In this document: piece by piece, positions 29,654-39,384 of the stretch
How the letters are laid out: each line of letters opens with the position of its first letter
Position numbering within the stretch: position 1 is the first letter of the stretch
Source: a virus
Taxonomy: Duplodnaviria; Heunggongvirae; Uroviricota; Caudoviricetes
Direction: 5' to 3' (one strand)
IMG/VR virus record: IMGVR_UViG_2563366937_000007
DNA length: 52,243 bases
Notes under the pieces: generated by a model
Seen by the model: only the letters and a program-made list of their open reading frames with translations
What the model was told of the DNA's origin: nothing
Databases searched by the model: none
Made by a program: the position numbers and the translations under genes

Positions 29654-30719
29654 TCCTTACTCTGGCATCAACCACATTTATATTGATCGCCACAGGTTGG
29701 GGATGTTCATTATCTTCCACCGTTTCGATCTCTTTGCGCAGCTTCTGGTTTTCCATTCTGCGCCGTTCAATTTCCAGTTCCTGTAGCCGCTTATCTGCAC
29801 ATAAAGCCCCGCCAGCAGAAAGCAAACGCAACAATTCACGCCGGGCGGCAGCCTTATCCTCCAACAGGATCTCAACGCCGAATTTTCCGAGCTTTGCCCC
29901 TGCATATAATTGCCGCGCATCCCCATCAAGCAGAGTGGTATCAGCCATATAAAGCTGCCCCGTTCCCTCACCGCAGCACTTCGGGCAATCCGGATTGGGT
30001 ATGGCGTTATCAACAAAGCCGAGGCCTCCATATTCCGGCTCGGGTTTACCATCTCTGGAGGCCTGTGCCGCAGCCTTATCGAATTCTGCAATATCACGCC
30101 ACTGGTAGAGATGATTCTCGCCCCAGCAATAACGGCAGTTAACACGGCGAAATTGTGCCAACTGATTGGGGTCGGCCTGGACAATGGCCATCAACTGGCT
30201 CACCAGTAAATCCAGGTCTGCGGTATAGCGTTTCTGGTACTGATTGCGGAAGTAGCTGATAGCACGATAAACCCTGGCATTTCTAAGCATACGGCTGGCG
30301 TTGCTGTTAGCTGTCGCACCTTGCCCCTCATAACCAGCCAGTCGGTATGCCTCTGTCGGCTTTTTCCCCTGAGCAACCAACATGGCGAATTTTGCCTGCT
30401 GGTCAGAAATACCGAATTCATCGGGGCAGAACGAAATTTCTTCCGTGTCCCCCTCAATCAGGAGTGCATCGGATACAGCCTTTTTTTTCTGAGATTTTCC
30501 GTTCTGCCTTTGCGCAGTCTGCGCAGTTTTTTTTCGCGCACTTTTTTGCGCAGTTTTGCGCATTTCTTTCTGCGCATTTTTCGGAGTTTTTTTGATGTAA
30601 CGACGGGCTGTTGCGTAGTTCAGTCCCCTTGCTTCACACCATGCCACCGGAGATATACCGGAGCGGGTGTATTCAGCAATATACTCCTGCTGCAACGCCC
30701 CCCAGTCCGGTCTGCTCAT
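29625..30719 (-). CDS. putative terminase small subunit / DNA-recognition protein
   Basis: 364 aa; N-terminal helix-turn-helix, basic Lys/Gln-rich segment, Cys-rich segment; position only. Confidence 0.45.
   Translation of the reverse strand: MSRPDWGALQQEYIAEYTRSGISPVAWCEARGLNYATARRYIKKTPKNAQKEMRKTAQKSARKKTAQTAQRQNGKSQKKKAVSDALLIEGDTEEISFCPDEFGISDQQAKFAMLVAQGKKPTEAYRLAGYEGQGATANSNASRMLRNARVYRAISYFRNQYQKRYTADLDLLVSQLMAIVQADPNQLAQFRRVNCRYCWGENHLYQWRDIAEFDKAAAQASRDGKPEPEYGGLGFVDNAIPNPDCPKCCGEGTGQLYMADTTLLDGDARQLYAGAKLGKFGVEILLEDKAAARRELLRLLSAGGALCADKRLQELEIERRRMENQKLRKEIETVEDNEHPQPVAININVVDARVRSDEDDLSDA
30511..30576. repeat. six phased TGCGCA motifs with T-runs inside the putative terS gene (pac-site candidate)
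   Basis: TGCGCA at about 30511, 30520, 30535, 30547, 30557 and 30571, spaced 9-14 bp. Confidence 0.5.
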
Positions 30720-30722
30720 CAG

Positions 30723-30974
30723 TTAGTCCTGATTTTTATCCACCCTGAGTAGTTCGCGCAGAGCAAAGGCATCCCCTTTTCTGGCAAGCTTAAACAATGC
30801 CGCTCGTAACTCGGCTTCACCTTTCGCTCTGCCCTTACGGATGGCCGCATAAAAATCTGTCATTGCTTCCCGATTTTCTTTCAGTCGGTTCAGATCAACA
30901 TCCAGAACGTCAGCGATTTGTTGTGCAGTCATCCGGCACGCTGCCAGAGACTCGACTTTCGAATACGGAATCAT
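30723..30974 (-). CDS. small hypothetical protein (possible DNA-binding)
   Basis: ORF-track ORF; overlaps the end of the upstream gene; start uncertain. Confidence 0.3.
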   Translation of the reverse strand: MIPYSKVESLAACRMTAQQIADVLDVDLNRLKENREAMTDFYAAIRKGRAKGEAELRAALFKLARKGDAFALRELLRVDKNQD

Positions 30975-31842
30975 TTGTCACCCCCATTGATATGCAGGGT
31001 GTCTTCTTCCTGTATTTTTCGTGAAGGATTTTTACTGCAGCGTTGTTCCAGGTGACCTGATGGTGAATGCGTTTATGGCTGGCACCCATCAGTGAGATTT
31101 TTACGCACGACGGCGCATACATGACGGAGTAAAAACTTTTAACGTAGGTTCCGGAATCCAGATACAGCTCGGTCATTCCGCCGCTGTTTTTCTGCGTCTG
31201 TTTCTGCCCTAACTGGACAGCACCGATCGTCATAAACAATTCACCACAGCGACCGAGATTCGTGTACGTATTCACATCCTCGTTAATGCGCCCCATGAAT
31301 GAGAACGGTCGATCAACCGAACAGATAAAGCTGTTCATTGCCTTGCGTTTCACCCACGAAGCATGGCCGCCATTGTCACCAAGAAAATCCCCGCCCTGCG
31401 ACATAGCGATGGAAAGCGCGGGTATTGATTCGTAATACGCCAGCATTTCAGAAAGGATCGCATCCAGTTTCCTTATCGGGAAATAGGCCTGGTCATAGTT
31501 GCGATCCACCCGAAACTGGAACTCGTGATAATCATCATCGAACTGAATGAAGTATTTACACCCGACCAGTTTTGCCAGGTCGAAACAGGCATTACGGGCG
31601 TAAAAAATTGAGCGGCGGTCACCAAAATTATCGGCTTCGTCAAAACGACTGGCAATATCGGCTTTGGAAAATACCAGCACCTGTTCACCAAATTCAGCCA
31701 TGTACTGATGCCGTGTCTTATCTTCATCATCAACAACGATAAAAATTTTCCCGGTATAGCCAGCACGACGCAACGTCCGGTAAGTCAGAACTTTGTCCGG
31801 TCGCCCGTGAGTCAGAATAAAGGCGCAAAAATCATCACGCAT
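30910..31842 (-). CDS. hypothetical protein, 310 aa (YdaY-like by position), with two acidic DxD-like motifs
   Basis: Motifs KIFIVVDDEDK and YFIQFDDDYHEF follow hydrophobic strands; coupled (8-nt overlap) to the ParB-like gene. Confidence 0.45.
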   Translation of the reverse strand: MRDDFCAFILTHGRPDKVLTYRTLRRAGYTGKIFIVVDDEDKTRHQYMAEFGEQVLVFSKADIASRFDEADNFGDRRSIFYARNACFDLAKLVGCKYFIQFDDDYHEFQFRVDRNYDQAYFPIRKLDAILSEMLAYYESIPALSIAMSQGGDFLGDNGGHASWVKRKAMNSFICSVDRPFSFMGRINEDVNTYTNLGRCGELFMTIGAVQLGQKQTQKNSGGMTELYLDSGTYVKSFYSVMYAPSCVKISLMGASHKRIHHQVTWNNAAVKILHEKYRKKTPCISMGVTNDSVFESRVSGSVPDDCTTNR

Positions 31843-32623
31843 ATTCCTCCTCCCCGCTATGCATGATCGCCACCATGCGCTGCGTCATTCGGACAAATCC
31901 ATTTTCAATAGCCTGCTGATAATCAATGATCACCAGCGCCGACTCCTCGAAAAGGCACTGAATTTCAGCGGGGGCATGAGCGTAATAGTCCGCAATTCTG
32001 CTGAAATTAAACACCGTGTGACGTTCTGCCGCACACAGGAGGAATTTCTCAATATCAGGATCAAGGGACGCCGAACGTATCCGGCTGATCAGCTCCTGAG
32101 TTTTCGTATCGTCGTACAGTTCACTGATATCCGGTTTACCGCCCGACGGCTCATAAACAGGCGTATCAATTTTCGTCGTATACGGCTCCTCCTTATTTCC
32201 TGTACCGGGCAAAACATCCGTCAACAGTTCATCAATTTCTGTCGGGCCGAAGCCTGTCAGGGAGACATCAAAATCAGCATTGATTAGGTCCGACAGCTCC
32301 ATCCGCAATAGATCTTCATCCCAGCCAGCATTCATCGGTAGGCGATTATCTGCCAGGCGGTACGCCTTTTTCTGCTCATCCGTCAGGCCAGACAGAACAA
32401 TGACCGGAACAGAATCCATTTTGAGCATTTCAGCCGCCATAACACGACCGTGACCCGCAATAATTTCGCCCTTTTCGTCAATCAGCACCGGATTAGTCCA
32501 GCCGAATTGCTTAATACTTTCTACCAGTTGTGCCACCTGCTCAGTACTGTGCGTCCTGGCGTTGTGCGCATACGGTGACAATTCTTGTAATGGGCGATAG
32601 ACTATCTTTAATTTCTCGCTCAT
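31835..32623 (-). CDS. ParB-like nuclease domain protein (YnaK-like)
   Basis: 262 aa; ParB/sulfiredoxin-type motif IIAGHGRVMAA; position after trkG as remembered for Rac. Confidence 0.65.
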   Translation of the reverse strand: MSEKLKIVYRPLQELSPYAHNARTHSTEQVAQLVESIKQFGWTNPVLIDEKGEIIAGHGRVMAAEMLKMDSVPVIVLSGLTDEQKKAYRLADNRLPMNAGWDEDLLRMELSDLINADFDVSLTGFGPTEIDELLTDVLPGTGNKEEPYTTKIDTPVYEPSGGKPDISELYDDTKTQELISRIRSASLDPDIEKFLLCAAERHTVFNFSRIADYYAHAPAEIQCLFEESALVIIDYQQAIENGFVRMTQRMVAIMHSGEEEYA

Positions 32624-32760
32624 ACAGCCTTGCTTTATGAATAAAACGCACCCCAGCAGCCAGTGCTACTGGGGGCGGAGGTGTTGCTGGTAAAGTTAGG
32701 TATTGGATCAATGAGTGAGTCAATATAATATTAAACTCACAATTATAAATCAGCCATATA

Positions 32761-34218
32761 TTAGGAGCGCCAAAAAAAACCTGAAAACAATATAATAACA
32801 GGATAAATTTCAAGGCGACCAAGAATCATAGCTATGCACATTAAATATTTTGCAATGTCATTAAGCACTCCGAATGACGATGCAGTAGCCCCAAAACCTA
32901 ATCCCATATTATTAATACATGCAGCCACTGTTGCAAATGATGTAAGAAAATCATATCCCATACCATTTAACACCAGTATAAAAAACACCGTGAAGAGAGT
33001 ATAAAGAAAAAAGAAACTCCATACAGACCTCATTACACGATCTGTAACTATCTTCCCTCCTACATTTACACTCAACAACGCTCTGGGATGAGAAAGCTGA
33101 TTTATCTCGTGTTTGCTTTGTTTGAAAAGTATAAGAAATCGAAGTGACTTAATTCCACCACAAGTTGAACCTATACATCCCCCAAAGAAACTTGACAACA
33201 GCAAAAACACTATCGTGTGCGTGGGCCAGTTTGCATAATCCTGCGTAGCTAAACCATTATCAGTGAGCATGGAGCTGGCAAGAAAAAACGAATGAATAAA
33301 ACTTCCATGCAAGTCATACATACCTATATGCCAGACCTGGAAAGAGGTAACAATGATCACCCCTAAGGCTATTAACAGAAAGAAACGAAGTTCAATATCT
33401 CTGATTAAAGGTTTTATCGTTTTCCTGCTAATAACAATATACCAAAGAGTGAAGTTGAAAGCCGATAGCAGGGAAAAAGAACCAGCCACCAGCTCAACCA
33501 AATAGTTATTAAAATATCCGATACTCTCGCTATGAGTTGAGAAACCACCAAGCGAAACTGTGGAAATCCCGTGACAAATAGCATCAAACAAAGGCATTCC
33601 TGCAAGTCTATAACAGACAATACAAGCAATACCTAATAAAGAATAAGTTATCCACAGTGTCCGTGACGTATCGGCCAGGCGGGGAGTGAGTTTGTCATCC
33701 TTAAATGGCCCCGGCATTTCTGACTGATAAAGCTTTGCACCACCAATACCCAATAATGGCAATACAGCAACCGCCAGAACAATAACTCCTAAACCACCTA
33801 TAAAATTTAACTGTGACCGATAGTACAAATATGCCCGAGGTAATGAACTAACATCATCAATTACAGTTGCTCCTGTTGTTGTTATTCCAGAAACCCCTTC
33901 AAACAGAGCATCAATGAACGTTAAATTAAGTTCTGAGTCAATCCATAAAGGGAATGCACTAATAACAGAAAACAAAATCCAAAACATTACAATTATAATA
34001 AACCCATCACGGGTACGTAATTGAATGCCAGATTTCTTAGTTGTATACCACGCTCCGCCACCAATGCAAAAAAATATAACGAAAGTTATAAAGAAAACGA
34101 ACAGGCTTTTTTCTTTATAAAACAATGCTACAACCATTGGTGGCAACATTGAAAGACTATAGAGCCAAACCAGGAACCCACACATATGAGTAACAACTCT
34201 TACATGAGATGTATTCAT
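32761..34218 (-). CDS. trkG: potassium uptake protein TrkG (TrkH family)
   Basis: About 485 aa from MNTSHVRVV...; multi-pass membrane protein; looks AT-rich; the track's upstream M is a TTG. Confidence 0.85.
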   Translation of the reverse strand: MNTSHVRVVTHMCGFLVWLYSLSMLPPMVVALFYKEKSLFVFFITFVIFFCIGGGAWYTTKKSGIQLRTRDGFIIIVMFWILFSVISAFPLWIDSELNLTFIDALFEGVSGITTTGATVIDDVSSLPRAYLYYRSQLNFIGGLGVIVLAVAVLPLLGIGGAKLYQSEMPGPFKDDKLTPRLADTSRTLWITYSLLGIACIVCYRLAGMPLFDAICHGISTVSLGGFSTHSESIGYFNNYLVELVAGSFSLLSAFNFTLWYIVISRKTIKPLIRDIELRFFLLIALGVIIVTSFQVWHIGMYDLHGSFIHSFFLASSMLTDNGLATQDYANWPTHTIVFLLLSSFFGGCIGSTCGGIKSLRFLILFKQSKHEINQLSHPRALLSVNVGGKIVTDRVMRSVWSFFFLYTLFTVFFILVLNGMGYDFLTSFATVAACINNMGLGFGATASSFGVLNDIAKYLMCIAMILGRLEIYPVIILFSGFFWRS

Positions 34219-34355
34219 ATCTAAATATTCTTTCAATTATAACCACCTTGCTGCAATATTATGATTATACTGTATAAAATTTAACCCCTCTTAGATCTTA
34301 CTTCACTGTTCCTTATGAAACAATCATCAAAATGAATCATATTGTAGTTAAGATT

Positions 34356-34832
34356 TTACTTTAAACACTGTTCGGTTATGTATTGCTGAGCACCTTCAAG
34401 TTGGGCCTGCATCATTACCAGTCGTTCCCGGAGGGTGAAATAATCCCGTTCAGCGGTGTCTGCCAGTCGGGGGGAGGCTGCATTATCCACGCCGGAGGCG
34501 GTGGTGGCTTCACGCACTGACTGACAGACTGCTTTGATGTGCAACCGACGACGACCAGCGGCAACATCATCACGCAGAGCATCATTTTCAGCTTTCGCAT
34601 CAGCTAACTCCTTCGTGTATTTTGCATCGAGCGCAGCAACATCACGCTGACGCATCTGCATGTCAGTAATTGCCGCGTTCGCCAGCTTCAGTTCTCTGGC
34701 ATTTTTGTCGCGCTGGGCTTTGTAGGTAATGGCGTTATCACGGTAATGATTAACAGCCCATGACAGGCAGACGATGATGCAGATAACCAGAGCGGAGATA
34801 ATCGCGGTTACTCTGTTCATTGCTGACCCCAC
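34356..34832 (-). CDS. i-spanin Rz
   Basis: 158 aa; N-terminal transmembrane segment then coiled-coil region; contains the embedded Rz1 frame. Confidence 0.8.
   Translation of the reverse strand: MGSAMNRVTAIISALVICIIVCLSWAVNHYRDNAITYKAQRDKNARELKLANAAITDMQMRQRDVAALDAKYTKELADAKAENDALRDDVAAGRRRLHIKAVCQSVREATTASGVDNAASPRLADTAERDYFTLRERLVMMQAQLEGAQQYITEQCLK
34415..34600 (-). CDS. o-spanin Rz1 (lipoprotein embedded in Rz)
   Basis: 61 aa; lipobox ...VVVGC; proline-rich ([15 protein letters not shown]). Confidence 0.75.
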   Translation of the reverse strand: MRKLKMMLCVMMLPLVVVGCTSKQSVSQCVKPPPPPAWIMQPPPDWQTPLNGIISPSGNDW

Positions 34833-35314
34833 AAACAGATTTCACGCTCAATCTCACGACGAGTCATGAGACCTTTCCATTGCTTACCGCCAGCATATGT
34901 CCAGCGACGTAGCTGATCACATGCGCCTTTGATATCGCCCTGGTTTATTTTGCGAAGAAGCGTCGATGTTCTGAAATTGCCAGCACCCACGTTGTAAACG
35001 AATGAGTAAAGAGCGCCGCGCGTTGTTTCCGGTATATCGACTTTGATGTACGGGTTAATTTGTCTGGCGACAGTGGCAAGGTCTTTATTCAAGAGTGCTT
35101 TGCATTCTGCTTTGGTATACGTTTTACCGAGCATGATGTCTTTTCCTGTATGCCCGTGACATACAGTCCATACACCAACAATATCTTTGTATGGTATGTA
35201 GCTGACACCTTCCAGACCATCGTTACCACTTGGGCCAGTGATTAACACTGATGCTATAGCAATTGCTCCGCCACCAATAGCAGCAGCAACGACTTTTCGT
35301 AATGATGGAGGCAT
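34817..35314 (-). CDS. SAR endolysin (phage 21 R-type lysozyme)
   Basis: 165 aa; N-terminal Gly/Ala-rich signal-anchor-release segment; close to R21 as I remember it. Confidence 0.85.
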   Translation of the reverse strand: MPPSLRKVVAAAIGGGAIAIASVLITGPSGNDGLEGVSYIPYKDIVGVWTVCHGHTGKDIMLGKTYTKAECKALLNKDLATVARQINPYIKVDIPETTRGALYSFVYNVGAGNFRTSTLLRKINQGDIKGACDQLRRWTYAGGKQWKGLMTRREIEREICLWGQQ

Positions 35315-35529
35315 TATTCACCTCTCGCAGCCTTGCGCTTATCTTCTTTAATCTTGAAATAAAGGTTTGTCAGGTACGTCAGCAGGCCAAATACCAGACT
35401 ACCCAGCACACCGATTGCAGCCCACTGTGACGGAGTTACTCTATCGAGCAACTGTAAAAACCAGTAGCCAGCACTGCCTGCGGAGGTGCCATAGGCGACA
35501 CCTGTTGTTAACTTATCCATGGATTTCAT
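35314..35529 (-). CDS. holin (phage 21 S-type pinholin)
   Basis: [26 protein letters not shown]... with a dual-start MKSM motif; the ORF-track version is N-terminally extended. Confidence 0.75.
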   Translation of the reverse strand: MKSMDKLTTGVAYGTSAGSAGYWFLQLLDRVTPSQWAAIGVLGSLVFGLLTYLTNLYFKIKEDKRKAARGE

Positions 35530-36304
35530 AACCCCCACCTCGCAGATGCGGGCGCTGTGTAATGGAAACAAAAAATGGCCACCAGCGGCCCGTAAAAAAC
35601 ACCCCGTCAAAAGCACCGGCATCCGCAGATGCCCTTTGCGTGGCGTTATTTGATGCGCGCCAGATGTGGCGCAAAGAAATGAAATAAGACTTATCGAAAA
35701 TTAAGGTTAATTTGATGATTTAAACCACTTCTGAAGCTTAGTAGTATGAACATGTCCCCAGAAGGGGCCAATACTTATTATTCTTCATGGACTTTGTCCC
35801 GCGGTCTTAATCCGACGACCGCGCTACTTTTCACCCTCTCGCAAATTGCTATCTAAAGGACGTTGTCCCACGAGTATTCCTGTATGCTCGTGTCTTTTTT
35901 TGTCCTGAGAAAGGAATAAAAAAGCCGCCAGATATGGCGGTTGGTCAATGCAAGGGATGAATTATTTAATTGTTATTAAACCGAGGCGTCGGGTGCCTCC
36001 CGAAGTATTCCGTGCTGTATGGATACTGTGGTTTCCCGCTAAACCGACTCTTTAAACCACCCTCGCACTGAGGAGCGCCTCTGTGGTGTTTTTATAACAC
36101 CAAAATGATGCATCACCGACCCTGCCAGGAAATACAAAATCTCCACCGATAATGCACCATTCTGCTGCCGTAAAAAATTAACACTGAGGCTACACCCGGC
36201 CTCAAATCATAGCCAGAGAACAGAATGCTTTTTCAAAACAACCTGCTCCCACGTAATAAAAAAATACGCCAGTGCCGTAATACAATAAGGCTTGTTTTAA
36301 ATGC

Positions 36305-36379
<75 letters not shown>

Positions 36380-36382
36380 ATA

Positions 36383-36458
<76 letters not shown>

Positions 36459-36689
36459 ATTGGTTCTTCAGGGGAGCGATATCACCGAGCAAAGAAGAGT
36501 TCCCCCTCAGAACCGTTTTCGATGATACGATTTAATATTCCAATCGCAACAACACTTTGCGTCAAGCTATGTAAATTTATTTATGTATTTTTATTTTATG
36601 TGAACATTTCACCTTCACTTAAAATATACGCGACAATATATAAACAAATTTATTTTGAACGCAATTATTAAATGTCGTTTCTTATATCA

Positions 36690-36728
36690 CACCACAAAAA
36701 CAACAAAACCCGCTTGATGGCGGGTTTT
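36690..36728 (-). terminator. rho-independent terminator about 85 nt downstream of the Q-like gene (candidate tR')
   Basis: AAAACCCGC-TTGATG-GCGGGTTTT hairpin followed by GTTGTTTTTGTGGT on the minus strand. Confidence 0.4.
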
Positions 36729-36811
36729 ATTAAAGTTTAATTGCGCTTGATTCGCCTCGCGATACAGCTTTGCGAAGCGTAGCAAAATTGAAGCAGTTTA
36801 CGCGTAAAAAA

Positions 36812-37267
36812 TCAAGCCGTTTTTTGAGCGAGTGATTCTCGCATGGGAATGTATAGCGCATACTCAGCAACGGCCAACCAATTAGCAATTCGCTTTTCGC
36901 ATGTGCTAAAACACCACTCTGGGTGTGCATCATTTAGCAATTCAGCCATTTTGCGTTTGGTCATCCCCCGCCCCTCATACCGTTGCCGAAGGACGCTAAT
37001 CAATCCTGGATGCTCTGCCAGCACCTCACTTATGACCCGATCAATACATAACGCCTCTGCATCAGTACAATGCGCCAGCCAGCTCTTTTGCTTACCGTTA
37101 ATCATATCCCGCAAAAAAGCCTCAAGTTCAGACTTGTTCAGACCTGCTTTTTTCATCCTCCGGAGCGCCTCGTTAATTGCCGTTTTTGTCAGCTTTTTAG
37201 AGGCCAACAACTGATTGAACATATTTCCTGACCTGCCACCGCCAATATACGACCAGCGCCCCCACAT
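36812..37267 (-). CDS. putative late-gene antiterminator (Q-like)
   Basis: Position immediately upstream of the tRNA/lysis cassette; Cys pairs (C-x6-C, C-x3-C); the track's 220-aa version overlaps ybcO, so I take an internal start (could also be 37222). Confidence 0.35.
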   Translation of the reverse strand: MWGRWSYIGGGRSGNMFNQLLASKKLTKTAINEALRRMKKAGLNKSELEAFLRDMINGKQKSWLAHCTDAEALCIDRVISEVLAEHPGLISVLRQRYEGRGMTKRKMAELLNDAHPEWCFSTCEKRIANWLAVAEYALYIPMRESLAQKTA

Positions 37268-37350
37268 ACGCAGTTTGCCCTGAATCCAGACACTTTCCAG
37301 CGTTGCGAGACGAAGGTGTTCTCCGCTTTTTCCTGTATTCGTTGGGTAAA

Positions 37351-37641
37351 TCACAAATATCCCTCCTTTCTCCAGATTTCTTGTGTGCGAAAAACACCTT
37401 CTGCATGCATCAGGCGTAATTCTTCTTTGGTGTAATCGCTGGTTTTTACCCGCCCGTCGATTAGATCGTGGCATGAGCTACAGGCAATCGCCGCCTGCAT
37501 ATCGTGTGGTTTTGTCGCTGTTCCGCACGTTCCCGCCAGTCGGTAATGCGCCAGCACAGACGTTTCCGGATCGTGATTGCAGTAGCCAGGAATTCTGACG
37601 GTGCACATCTGCCCCCGCGCCGCTTTACGTAAATCCACCAT
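37351..37641 (-). CDS. YbcO-like nin-region protein (DUF1364-type)
   Basis: 96 aa; Cys/His cluster (C13, C21, H23, C54, C57, H58); resembles DLP12 YbcO as I remember it. Confidence 0.55.
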   Translation of the reverse strand: MVDLRKAARGQMCTVRIPGYCNHDPETSVLAHYRLAGTCGTATKPHDMQAAIACSSCHDLIDGRVKTSDYTKEELRLMHAEGVFRTQEIWRKEGYL

Positions 37642-38240
37642 TACGCAAACTCCAGCAGCTGCGCGGCCACATTTTCGACTTGTTCCGGAGAGGAAAATTT
37701 ACGGAACAGAATCCAGTTCCACAGCACATTCAGAACAGATTTATAAACCTGCTGAAACTCGGTTTCGTCCATATTCGCAAAAGCGATGGATTTCGCCCGA
37801 CGCCCATGGCTACCGTCCGGATAAAAATGTTCGGTGTAAAATCCAGCCTGAATGGTTACCCACTCGCGAAAAGCCTCAAACGACTTTAGCAATGCCGTAT
37901 CCCGGGTTCTGCGTGTCGCAACTGTATTCAGATATTGCTCTGCGGCATCACTCAGGGCTGGCGTGTGTTCCCGACCAACTGATTCGCACAGGTAATCAAC
38001 GAAACCAGACAGCAGTTCTCGTTCGCGAGGCGTGATCGCCCCACCGACCGGAGTCCAGTAATCGAATCCCAGTTGCAGGAGTTTGAAAAAACGCTTGTGG
38101 AATACGTAGTTACGCACACGCTTAAAGTCTGCGTGTATCCACTCACCTATTTTGATTTGATGCAGAAAATCGCAACTCTCCGGCGTCGCCGGGAGAAGTA
38201 AACCAGAAGAGGTTTGTTTGACCAGTTGTATATGCGCCAT
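37641..38240 (-). CDS. nin-region hypothetical protein, 199 aa (DUF1367-like)
   Basis: ORF-track ORF directly upstream of the YbcO-like gene; family assignment is from memory. Confidence 0.4.
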   Translation of the reverse strand: MAHIQLVKQTSSGLLLPATPESCDFLHQIKIGEWIHADFKRVRNYVFHKRFFKLLQLGFDYWTPVGGAITPRERELLSGFVDYLCESVGREHTPALSDAAEQYLNTVATRRTRDTALLKSFEAFREWVTIQAGFYTEHFYPDGSHGRRAKSIAFANMDETEFQQVYKSVLNVLWNWILFRKFSSPEQVENVAAQLLEFA

Positions 38241-38513
38241 TTCTCAATCTCTCGATGGCGCAGTGCAACAGATGCCAGTTGTTCAGGCTGACGTATAAAG
38301 TATAAATAAACTGGTTCCAGTGTAAAGCCCCCACATTGATGGAATAAAAACCAAACAACAGATTGCTGGGATAAAAACAACGCTTATTATTAAAAGCGGT
38401 TAAACAAATTAAATTTTAATGTTATGCAAATCTGCCAGATCACCATAATATCTCATTTGAAAACCGCTGAAATAACAACCCTATCAGGATTAATCATATT
38501 AAGGTGAGTAAAT

Positions 38514-38600
38514 ATGGAAAACAACAAATCTGCACATTACGTTCCTTTTTTATCTGTAATACTTTTTGTTTTATGCTGTGCGTGGGCATTATTTTTATAA
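38514..38600 (+). CDS. candidate small hydrophobic peptide, 28 aa
   Basis: AAGGTGAG sits 6 nt before the ATG; MENNKSAHYVPFLSVILFVLCCAWALFL; below the ORF-track size cut-off. Confidence 0.3.
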   Translation: MENNKSAHYVPFLSVILFVLCCAWALFL

Positions 38601-38706
38601 AAATATTCACAGATAAAATATACCCGCCAAAGCAGGTTAAGTGCGGGTGCGTTGAGGATGCCTGACACATCAGAGGTGGCGAGGGATTTATCCCCCGCCA
38701 GGTCTC

Positions 38707-38862
38707 TTACTCCTCAGGTTCGTAAGCTGTGAAGACAGCGACCTCCGTCTGGCCGGTTCGGATTCGTACCTCACAGAGGTCTTTCCTCGTTACCAGTGCC
38801 GTCACTATGACGGTTAAACAGATGACGATCAGGGCGATTAACATCGCCTTTTGCTGCTTCAT
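38707..38862 (-). CDS. hok: Hok/Gef-family type I toxin (HokD/RelF-like)
   Basis: 51 aa MKQQKAMLIALIVICLTVIVTALVTRKDLCEVRIRTGQTEVAVFTAYEPEE; AAGGAG sits 9 nt upstream; a short upstream frame ends on the hok ATG; missed by the ORF track. Confidence 0.75.
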   Translation of the reverse strand: MKQQKAMLIALIVICLTVIVTALVTRKDLCEVRIRTGQTEVAVFTAYEPEE

Positions 38863-39384
38863 AGCCTGCTTCTCCTTGACCTTTCGGTCCGTAAGAGGCT
38901 AATCTCTATGTGTCGCATAGATATGGCCTCAGATTAATGTTAAACGTCTTGCAGGACGCGTAATGTTAACTGGGGCTTTTCTCTATCTACCTTTGGTGTT
39001 CATGCCCGAGGCAGATAGCCTCAAGCACCCACAGCAATTCTAACTATCCAATACATCACTGCCAACACTTTAAACTCTTACCCTTTAAAACAAGAACAAA
39101 ATTCAACCAATCAGCATTGGGCGTATACTCATATCCTAGAGAAAACAACTCTTTCTGTACTATTTATATCCATATGATTTATAAGCATTTGCCACTTGCC
39201 ATAGCCGCACAATGACAGTTTGCCATTTGATGTCAATAGATAAAAATGATCGTTTTCAATGAGTTACATACTTGCAAGGCGTTGCACATCAGGCCCGATT
39301 ACGTCAGTATCAAAAGATTACAGATGGTGCATTACTGCCACCTCGCCTTAATGTTCCAGAACTCTCCAACTTGAGGAATTTTCA

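Noticed and set aside
35630-36300. Shiga-toxin or other cargo genes between Q and S
   Set aside because: No ORF of 60 aa or more with an RBS; only hairpins and the tRNAs.
36459-36530. A third tRNA upstream of tRNA-Thr
   Set aside because: A hairpin is present but there is no T-loop GTTCGA-type motif or cloverleaf.
36812-37474. 220-aa version of the Q-like ORF
   Set aside because: The N-terminal 70 codons overlap the YbcO-like gene in another frame; an internal start is more plausible.
37351-37641. One-base disagreement between my hand count and the ORF-track frame near 37440 and near 44541
   Set aside because: Most likely my own character-counting error rather than a real frameshift; I kept the ORF-track coordinates.
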